A stretch of DNA of 64,000 nt from Bugula neritina (lineage: Eukaryota > Animalia > Bryozoa). The stretch lies in contig OZ037766.1 in NCBI GenBank assembly GCA_964035545.1, forward strand, positions 3,834,722-3,898,721, in the 5' to 3' direction. The position numbers and the translations under genes are program-made. The stretch's first letter is position 1. Each line of letters starts with the position of its first letter. Positions 39,701 through 42,807 of the stretch are shown here, piece by piece. The notes below the pieces were generated by a model. It searched no databases and was not told where the DNA came from. It worked only from the letters and a program-made list of their open reading frames with translations.

Positions 39701-41318
39701 TTTAATTAATGATTATTTAGTCAATAAATCTATAGAAATAACGCACGCGTTAATACAATTTTATAACGAAAGTTCACCTAATAATAAAACGAAAGAATTA
39801 TATTGGACTGATAAAAAATTTGGTTTACATATTCGTAATAGCGTAAATCCATTTGACGAGTCTAAAGAAAATATATTTTATACTATTAGCGGTGCTGAAC
39901 ATAATGTTCCGTATAGTAAAATAAATATTAATAAAATTGTTAACGCTAATAATAATTTTTCGTTTACAATAGCTCTTTCGAGTAATTATCCAAATCATAA
40001 ACCTAATGACGTAATTCTTGTTAATACACTGAGTGAATTCGCTACTGATGCACTACCCTTTGATTACGTATATTTAAAACTTTATTATAATAGTTTAACT
40101 AATTAAAAAATTATTATTAATGCTTTCGAGCGATGGTAATATTGTAGAAACGGGTATAAATATTTCAGATCTTATTACAATAAATAATATAAATAATTAC
40201 GCTATTCCTAAATTACAAGGAGCAGTTGGTAATAAATTAATTATATCAACGAGCGATGGTAATATAATAGAATCTACAGAATCTCAACCCACATTTCCAA
40301 GTTATAACGTTTAAACACTAAATTATTATATTCTCAGCGTATAATAATTTATTATCTTACTAATAGTAACGAGTGAATGCATTCTGAAATAAAAGTTAAT
40401 GTTTGTCCTAAAAACGTACAATTTTAAAACAAAACTCTATAAAATATTTTTTTATTCTAAATTAATAGTAATAAAATAGTAAACTTAATAAAATAATAAA
40501 CTGTCCTAAAACATACAATTCTGGGACAATAAAATAATAAACTGTCCTAAAACGTACAATTTCTAAAACTTAACGAAAAAAACTAATAGAGTAGTAGTAG
40601 GTGGATGCGTCCTAGGACAATCCCTGACACCGGAGAGTCGAAGACTCGACGGGGGAAGGGTTGTCCTAGGACCATCCACCTACTACTACTTCGGAGGTGT
40701 ATGAAATCGATTTCCTTGGCCAAGCGCCAGACCAAGTTTATTCATATAGATATGTCCCATCAAATGTGACTGAAGCAAATAAACCAATAAATGATAGTTT
40801 TTTCAATTGCAACTTATTAACAAATGTTTGGTCTTAGCCTACAATTAAATAAAGATAACTATTAGATTCAAACTTAGTCAATTGACCAAGTCTGCCGGCT
40901 AGAATACATTGGCTCAATATTTTTTTGAAGTATTTACATAATCATAATACAATGATTGGGCCTACCTTCTACTATTTTAGCGTGTAGTGACTAGGCAGGT
41001 TATTACTGTTACTGCACCCCACCCGTCTGTCCACTCCCCTTATGGACCAACTGCTACATCTACAGGATACGCTTCTGGTGTAACACAAGAACCGATCCAG
41101 TTTGCTCCGCTACCTGCCGCTCCGGGCAGTGAGTATTTGTCACTTACTTAAAACTTTAAATCTGAGGCTAAGAAAATATAATGACTGCGTTGGAAAACCC
41201 AACTTTATTTATAGCCTTAGAGTGTTGATATTCTTATGTTATAGAGCCAGCAGCAACCCCGGAGCCTGAGATTCTAGATAGTCAGCCACCGCCCTATGAT
41301 AGATATGTTCCCTACTAG
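24751..41318 (+). CDS. Small TM/PPPY protein, copy 3 (exons 24751-24849, 40981-41128, 41245-41318); Polinton in intron 1
   Basis: Same exon sizes and splice sites; frame open. Confidence 0.75.
25939..26039. other. 101-nt terminal fold-back palindrome (left end)
   Basis: Arm AGTAGTAGTAGGTGGATG-GTCCTAGGACAA-CCCT pairs with AGGGATTGTCCTAGGACGCATCCACCTACTACTACT (two 1-nt bulges). A symmetric 9x9 partly paired segment follows, then the apex GAGTC-TTC-GACTC. Confidence 0.95.
26065..26228 (+). repeat. Three subterminal direct repeats AATTGTAYGTTTTAGGACA(GTTTATTATTTTATT) in the TIR
   Basis: Copies at ~26065, ~26107 and ~26205; they share the TAGGACA core with the terminal hairpin. Confidence 0.8.
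26278..26310 (-). terminator. AT-rich hairpin (12-bp stem, 9-nt loop) just past the fibre stop codon; mirrored at 40319-40351
   Basis: TAAATTATTATA / TATAATAATTTA. Confidence 0.55.
26315..27091 (-). CDS. Putative fibre/spike shaft protein, 258 aa
   Basis: N-terminal MSVYKFG. GTLDMGENKI...DQDVATKKYVD resembles tail-fibre neck motifs. About five ~40-aa repeats (KLTVSTxxGNIIDSxLSxSDxITxxNINNxA). Confidence 0.7.
   Translation of the reverse strand: MSVYKFGGSEKTKIDTKKFVLINGSSTLTGTLDMGENKISRVINPVDDQDVATKKYVDDTSMPKILHPINQLTISTDDGRVIDSDLKVDDVVTKTNVSNYAVPLIRDPSEKLTVSTNTGNIIDSNLSVSDVITTSNINNFAINKIQPANEKLTVSTTSGNVADSSLSISDIITTSNINNFAMNKIQPIIGGKLLMLSSDGNIVETGINISDLITINNINNYAIPKLQGAVGNKLIISTSDGDIIESTESQPTFPSYNV
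27088..27576 (-). CDS. Fibre-associated/putative receptor-binding protein, paralogue 1 (162 aa)
   Basis: MSVYKFG N-terminus; LYWKDK, KPND and ALPF motifs shared with ORFs 39070 and 39585. Confidence 0.55.
   Translation of the reverse strand: MSVYKFGKSLAKAKKENYIERVVTKNNNVFIQSFSTTINIGILLGYIVDKPIELKYALLEFQHLPANNDNPLYWKDKNLTLIIGNVNNPLKHNTKEYIIQGGVARVKIPMLEYIESDKNIGLVLHCSNDYISRKPNDITVNDNAPIALPFELVSLKLYYNYK
27580..28338 (-). CDS. A32/FtsK-HerA-type genome packaging ATPase
   Basis: Walker A GKSGCGKT, Walker B LIIFDD, RGRH and LSQ motifs typical of A32-like ATPases. Confidence 0.95.
   Translation of the reverse strand: MEIENLSWKNEINRNNNPLLPKSIRGLIVGKSGCGKTTLLCNLLLQPNWLDYDKLMIYGKSLSQPEYINMRKAFERKLTKEEILNFFKNSDAIINSSINVNRVLKNSKGNGNINAEFIESSDDVYDPSELDASNKNLIIFDDLMLEKQKTCESYYVRGRHNNVDCFYLSQNYFKLPRNTIRENANFICLFPQDGKNLNHIYQDHVTGDLTLNEFKNFCYKGWQKPHGFITLDLSSSKNNGRYRHGLDEFYIP
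28336..28353. promoter_or_regulatory. 18-bp perfect palindrome CATTTATTATAATAAATG containing both divergent start codons (ATPase / PLA2-integrase)
   Basis: Self-reverse-complementary; only 12 bp separate the two ATGs. Confidence 0.8.
28351..29715 (+). CDS. Fusion protein: Zn ribbon + parvovirus-type phospholipase A2 + RVE (DDE) integrase + chromodomain, 454 aa
   Basis: CxxC..CxxC N-terminus; PGHNFLGPGT and AMRHDVCY (PLA2); WAADLVDM, IDVFSKY, VDKGKEF, VERWNRTMK (integrase); ALVKWLGYPDSQNSWV (chromodomain). Confidence 0.93.
   Translation: MYCCKCKTKTKTLNYEKRVSKNNRLMGYGNCGQCGCKKTTFVGSGLANNLINNLPFELHYPGHNFLGPGTKLNKRLNDDMTPKEWSKPVDRDDAIAMRHDVCYALNKDTKTRNEICDKNMLDELKAIPNPTPFEQRHSRFASAIIGAKKRLGWGWTNELAEELHKPVQKKFRKRRVWVSGIDNIWAADLVDMTEFAKFNNGYKYLLTVIDVFSKYGWIIPLKNKTGKATALALKTILTRRKPQHLWVDKGKEFYNKDVKSLIDLYSTENEEKSSVVERWNRTMKERMFKYFSANNTYKYIDVLKDLVKRYNETKHSSIGMTPIEASNPSNENKVRVKLYPNLPALSKPKFAVGDRVRIPRKKRTFEKGYTVRWTEEVFTINKILYTNPTTYKLTDSGGEEIQGSFYERELQKTSQEMYRIERVIKKKGKKALVKWLGYPDSQNSWVNLNVLERL
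29715..29872 (+). repeat. Intergenic tandem array of AAAAGTGGACAC / TAGACAC units with an embedded 10-bp-stem hairpin (29797-29820)
   Basis: Directly visible; TGGACACAAA-TGTG-TTTGTGTCCA. Confidence 0.9.
29886..30692 (+). CDS. Conserved Polinton protein (PZ-like, putative core protein), 268 aa
   Basis: YPATRGLLSLLT, DLANYANIL and C-terminal DPNALVERLELLISSAKAGNTGVRNEI motifs recalled from Polinton conserved ORFs; lies upstream of the capsid block. Confidence 0.7.
   Translation: MSYLKIYDPIKRDKTVQDFISRKNKLKENFKRERERELNAAMAQEKYFEPVIASQAQTTDALKQLLTLPNYNVQPAITDGVINLDEFTQNALAGLEPGAYNVKWDGNRHVIGTKPISFNDGKIIFDNEEYPATRGLLSLLTRKTPIGYNDNDLANYANILDNSGAIYQSKHGPIDKNSEKWKNIVRPIWEQLYPQRAKLANSKKAKRQVGDGVVYLSSDPNALVERLELLISSAKAGNTGVRNEIVSILDELLRMKIITRDYYKSILV
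30696..31022 (+). CDS. Small basic putative core/membrane-lytic protein, 108 aa
   Basis: YAGGG followed by amphipathic IFDTIRNVVTKIAS; Lys/Arg rich; directly upstream of MCP. Confidence 0.6.
   Translation: MYVYDKRQRLQRHYAGGGIFDTIRNVVTKIASNSSVRELGKKAIAKAGTAAGEKIVNAIKKRRLNAIKKRSLNAKSQAILQKLSLAKNVLNNSNISNILEGSGQAIAY
31044..32318 (+). CDS. Major capsid protein (double jelly-roll, PY), 424 aa
   Basis: Size, beta-rich sequence and position before penton. Motifs PSKSYLIIEG, LRHLFGFADDYEK, KPKYIIVGFQ, LNSERYP, LFVIDVSKQ are typical of Polinton MCPs. Confidence 0.92.
   Translation: MDSLNITQKIVLDTSVERDQVHEYEPVTGTNLNTPSEIRIVINQQDLYVQPSKSYLIIEGRLTKADGTAYADADLVTLTNNGMAYLFKSIRYQLDGHDLEYINNPGHASTMMGLLTYPDDYGKSRGLNQLWSKDTTAAAAAANLGFNARQIYIIQKPDPKGTFSIKVDLRHLFGFADDYEKVLYGIKHQLTLVRDTNDNAIFRANGVDAGKITLDKVSWWMPHVTPSFEMKHKLYKIIESKTELPLIYRSRWCDSIAVPQTTNFTWRLGSRGDTEKPKYIIVGFQTDKNESQTTNPAVFDHVNVKSVYAMLNSERYPEVDYDIDFAKMKFSRVYGDASKFCGEYYGINELIAYSNVLPSEYKDLYALFVIDVSKQSEALKSSVADIQLRVQFSQNVPANTQAYALILSDKTMSLSSDGNNLKVI
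32319..33077 (+). CDS. Minor capsid protein (penton, single jelly-roll, PX), 252 aa
   Basis: LNPPIEL, SFPNI, LPVGVYEL, LRDVLGF, PGYKIIEKPHNLIYLP, DQKGNLLDLSGE motifs. Confidence 0.88.
   Translation: MDNRILREIADNTASKQTMTIGVTDTKTRIITQLNPPIELNKNKKYEMCLISLDTFYSFPNISTDRNSYRWSKDGGTTWHLVSLPVGVYELDQLEEAIQDEIVKEGGNRNGITLQANKVTFRIILKLKPNYQIDFNVENSLRDVLGFNAAIYNQPYIEATNIVNILNINAIHVQVDCINGSYIDGTYKPVIYSFFSSVSPGYKIIEKPHNLIYLPVHVKYIKTLTVTVTDQKGNLLDLSGEQLSIRFHLREV
33090..33659 (+). CDS. Putative core protein precursor with an adenovirus pX/pVI-like hydrophobic peptide, 189 aa
   Basis: MSGG-FLGALLGIATRVIPTLL resembles the adenoviral pX cleavage-site region; three further KGxGL motifs. Confidence 0.65.
   Translation: MGYCEIIGNVPQAQKQKIMNAYRSGKGCVIKLPLESGNDKLVVTKTQNDNILKALNANKKNITLEMSPSLVKTNASMSGGFLGALLGIATRVIPTLLKTIIPGVLSGAASAGVERAIKGKGLYLKKGGCVCSVEPNLNGSITLKPVASSNLMKGNGLYLKQGSSYIKGEGLILGPNSPFKNIPLLGMLL
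33652..34102 (+). repeat. 29-bp perfect direct repeat TATTATAGTTAAAGAAAACATATATAAAT flanking the 130-aa ORF (33652-33680, 34074-34102)
   Basis: Two identical copies read directly from the sequence. Confidence 0.9.
33679..34071 (+). CDS. Orphan ORF, 130 aa, with short E-I-I-Y-K-like repeats
   Basis: Open frame with the ATAAATG start context shared with the other element genes. Confidence 0.65.
   Translation: MATVITYKSLDGTPITETIYKNNDCEKRVYEGGDIKERIIYKKFNILDEMNNSTNECGLLEEITYNNKKEIIYKEDNGKIKIKTIYKTKEIIQELNVGLMNYAAARIPSFFTKLKYAEDEIKKRRNDALH
34134..34162. terminator. AT-rich hairpin (13-bp stem) between convergent ORFs
   Basis: TTAATTAATTATA-ATA-TATAATTAATTAA overlapping the stop of ORF 34159-34638. 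Confidence 0.55.
34159..34638 (-). CDS. Two-TM-helix membrane protein, 159 aa
   Basis: Two hydrophobic segments between coiled-coil-like helices; C-terminal SKFLSDSHIDEQEY motif; ATAAATG start. Confidence 0.75.
   Translation of the reverse strand: MDFRREKLELLNDEIIKLENEYEQKLNCFNWLSKSLKIISGLCGTTNLICGVIITALINANVTKQTLFPLSIIVSIMSVITTSISSQDTKLIKSTLMYLDIYTFIKDSKLEINSMLSKFLSDSHIDEQEYDAITEKYKNINNVILDKKSDIIIARNNIC
34651..34908 (+). CDS. Orphan ORF (85 aa, or 75 aa from ATG 34681)
   Basis: Fills the gap before pPolB and is followed by a hairpin; lacks the ATAAATG context. Confidence 0.5.
   Translation: MIFIILLFYNMDLTVELLDKLIAETEQKKYTPLLEYLYIPVINNISLKEINFRTRKQIPNINKYFYIKSILKREAYKRKEENRDV
34930..34960 (+). 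terminator. AT-rich hairpin (13-bp stem, 5-nt loop) between the 85-aa ORF and the pPolB promoter
   Basis: TATTATTACTTAT-TTTAC-ATAAGTAATAATA. Confidence 0.55.
34964..35002 (+). promoter_or_regulatory. Putative pPolB promoter: AAAATTGA ... TTAAAGAA ... TATATAAATG
   Basis: AAAATTGA (34964-34971) equals the mimivirus early promoter octamer; the TTAAAGAA block is shared with the 29-bp repeat at 33652 and 34074. Confidence 0.5.
35000..38671 (+). CDS. Protein-primed family B DNA polymerase (pPolB), 1223 aa
   Basis: Exo I YADFEC, Exo II HNLSGYD, polymerase motifs YLDANNLYG, KLMNNSVFGK, FTDTDS. EndoVII-like insert CYIC..DHCHLTGNYRGAAHKNCN. Rho-N-like N-terminus; OTU-like DNKCFMWA..HY. Confidence 0.98.
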   Translation: MEFNTKITVKALKALAKERGLKRYSRLKKAELIRLLSPMDEPVPNIGQPPLIPTPVKKIMREIFTQTTRNIKKWVIKPITKIINPIKDKIMALYNQPKLKEQAANGWFQTYEIKGLPGYDIDSFCKLIKLNVLKLLKPTIKIKIFIYCEMKKHNMSTGETIVEIMPFTSNIETILESTNINEIYDEIIERIKENFASLNAKGSSWMFKAIKKMEININKYQPLNGSSWIDLPKEIKLKKAVINPKNEDNKCFMWAILMSVHTPKNHPERINNYKEYVNKFSWEGVEFPATKKSIDAFEEANSNIGINVFTWDGKTINLWKKTKNQGKIINLFYISDDKKSHYAYIKNLNKLLGSQINKRVSAKHICVNCMNSCRSNESLKKHQDWCLTNDGVTTVFPKIENKIKFQSSHHCRSMRVPFVIYADFECFTKPIQSCQPNSQESYTNQYQQHEPSGFGYYIVSVTGECEYRSYTKQYEDENIGELFMKLLELDIKNLYKKHKFPKPMKISASEQESFELAEICYICEEKLGNDRVRDHCHLTGNYRGAAHKNCNLNYKIPKFYPIFIHNLSGYDAHLFIKNLGGEPSCIPNTEEKYISFSKKLLVDEFTNKEGEKIKVTREIRFLDSYKFMSSSLASLVANLKRDDFKHLQKHYIKKQLDCYAEKQLDLLLRKGVFPYDYFNNVSVLDETFLPPKEKFYSSLTESNISDEDYEHAQNVWQEFNMKTFREYHDLYMKIDVLQLADVFENFRNVCLEHYKLDPAWYYTAPGLSWDAMLKTTKLELDPITDVDQLLFFEKAIRGGVSMISHRYAKANNKYMENYNASEPSSYITYLDANNLYGWAMSKNLPTGNFKWMTEKRCKDLEKSLNFPPSFLEVDLEYSKELHNFHKDYPFCPERLTINKVEKLIPNLNNKKNYVIHYEALKQCLMYGLKLTKIHKGITFNESNKLKEYINLNTKLRTLARSDFEKDFFKLMNNSVFGKTMENIRNRIDVKLVTSESEAKKLTNQPNFKGYTIFSENLIAVHMNVTKLKFNKPVYLGAAILDISKTLMYDFHYEYIRLKYGNKAQLLFTDTDSLMYHVQTEDFYKDILPDIENKFDTSNYPENHKLLNNKNKKVIGMFKDEAGGKQITEFVGLRAKLYSYKIDGIEEKKCKGINKTTRNNRITFDDYKECLLTRRDQLRTMNVLRSHKHTMYAETINKVALSSEDDKRIILEDGITTVPYGYNK
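38668..39069 (+). CDS. Adenain/Ulp1-like maturation cysteine protease, 133 aa
   Basis: GTHWVA, YFDSFG and Q..ICGHLC catalytic motifs. Confidence 0.95.
   Translation: MSIKLENKALSNIELEFAIKKLKIPRFRGVFSKNDLPDKPRKKECGILNLDNLMGNGTHWVAWYKNNNKKYYFDSFGLHPPLEIMKYLKPPIFYNTERVQEFGTVICGHLCLYWLKEMSKHESPQLIINKLLI
39070..39588 (+). CDS. Fibre-associated/putative receptor-binding protein, paralogue 2 (172 aa)
   Basis: MSSVYIFG; KELYWTDK; ALPF..KLYYN; clearly homologous to ORF 39585. Confidence 0.6.
   Translation: MSSVYIFGNSAKATIINEKPYITKIIIPSEFYCSSSGFGGTLIKDFLVDEPIEITNILVQFYGEQAHNTKELYWTDKRIGLQVRNSAEIFGVSDENTFYDISGSEHNLPFSEISVNKVIEANKDFSISIALSKTYPSHKPSDVILTDTPASEITTAALPFHYVLIKLYYNYK
39585..40106 (+). CDS. 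Fibre-associated/putative receptor-binding protein, paralogue 3 (173 aa)
   Basis: MNIYKFS; KELYWTDK; ALPF..KLYYN. Confidence 0.6.
   Translation: MNIYKFSKVNITTNKAYITSIIPKHEFYYYEDINSFTVDLINDYLVNKSIEITHALIQFYNESSPNNKTKELYWTDKKFGLHIRNSVNPFDESKENIFYTISGAEHNVPYSKININKIVNANNNFSFTIALSSNYPNHKPNDVILVNTLSEFATDALPFDYVYLKLYYNSLTN
40113..40690 (-). repeat. Right terminal inverted repeat (578 bp), including a duplicate of the last 64 codons of the fibre gene (40120-40314)
   Basis: Reverse complement of 25939-26516; ORF 40120-40314 equals the C-terminus of ORF 26315-27091 with one D/N change. Confidence 0.95.
40590..40690. other. 101-nt terminal fold-back palindrome (right end)
   Basis: Exact reverse complement of 25939-26039; apex GAGTC-GAA-GACTC. 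Confidence 0.95.
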
Positions 41319-42807
41319 AATCTCCATGACCAGCGTGTGTGTTTCTGCTTTACTATATAGCATTATTATTGAGTGTGTTTACCCCCCCCCCCTTTCCTCC
41401 CTGTCATTTATTGTGTGGTGCTCACTCAATGCAATCATGTCATATCTTTTTTTGCTTTTATTTTATGTTAATCATATTTTTATATACAATAATATAATAG
41501 TATGTGACACAACAAGATAGCTGTGACAGTTTTCATAGAAATTTACAATTGTGGTAAAATCTTGATACAAATTATGAGATGTTTTCTCTATAAATTGTTA
41601 ACACTTTTTATAATATAATACAACCAACCACCTGCTACCCATACATCTTAATAAAAATATTTTAATTCAAGTTTTAAAATAAGATAATATTGTTATTAGA
41701 TAAGCATGCCATGTGGGTAAACCTTGACGTCTAGCTCAGCCTAAAACCTGCACTGGTTTATGATTGCTAATTGATGAAGTTTTTGTCTGAGGAAGTTATT
41801 TAAACCATCTTCACATACCATAAAGAGCATTTCATGTGTAGCTTATCTTAAGAGACATTTACTCTCTTATTATAATGATATGGTGCTATATCATTATAAT
41901 AGGAGAGTGAATTATTATTAAATAATTCATTGAGTGCTTTAAATAAATTAAGCTCATGAATTACAACTATGTTCAGTGCCAGTAAGATGCGCAGAATAAA
42001 AATGTGTCTGAATTGAAATTGCAATTAAATCATATTTTTGGTGATAATTAAATATAATTTGTCTAATTAAACATTTTATTTATAATTTTCATCATAAATC
42101 TTTTGCGAAAACATGTAACAAAGATGCAGAAACTGGATGAATTTATCACGCAATTACCGACTGTAAACACATAGTAATATGAGCCACGCCTGCTACTGAT
42201 AAGTAGCAAAATGGCGGACAACGCCCAAAAGTCGCCACTCTGATATCGCTCATCTCTGATACGGGCACTAAATAAAACATGTCAAACTGATGCGCAAACA
42301 GGTGCAGCCTTAGTGAAAAAGACTGTTTACTGGTGTCTCCTATACTTGGAATCATTTAGCACAAAGCACAGCCATGTGCTAAATGATGGCAAGTAGGGGA
42401 CACGCTTACCACCAAACCGCACATGAAGGAACAATGCTAAAAGAGCTGAGACTACACTGTAAGAATTCTTGTGACTTGTGGCTGAAGTCATCTTATCCAT
42501 GCTGTAAAGTGTATTAGATCTAAGAAATTGTGTTGTATAACTGCACGTGCATCCAGAAAATAAATAAGTTTATACCTAGTACAATATGTTTAGTTTATCA
42601 ACAACATAAAAATGTAGTTTGATTAGAAAATGGATTAACATCAGTGAAGGAGAGTGAAACAAGCATAAATATGGTGACATTTTATTGAAAGGGCGAGTGA
42701 TTTTGGCTGAGATTTCTATCAAATTACAATGTAAGTAAAGGAAAGCAAGTAATGTTTTGTAATGACGGAACATTTAGTATCACAGCGTGTAAACATTAGA
42801 AATACAA

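Larger units (their letters stand above)
25939..40690. mobile_element. Complete Polinton/Maverick (adintovirus-like endogenous virus), 14,752 bp, EndoVII-containing pPolB type
   Basis: Starts AGTAGTAGTAGG and ends CCTACTACTACT. TCGGAG is duplicated at 25933-25938 and 40691-40696. TIRs are 578 bp. Uninterrupted ORFs for pPolB, integrase, ATPase, MCP, penton and protease. The joined flanks match the uninterrupted paralogous site at ~8760-8820. Confidence 0.98.

Noticed and set aside
40120-40314. 64-aa ORF as an independent gene
   Set aside because: It is the TIR-duplicated tail of the fibre gene, starts at an internal Met and lacks the ATAAATG context.
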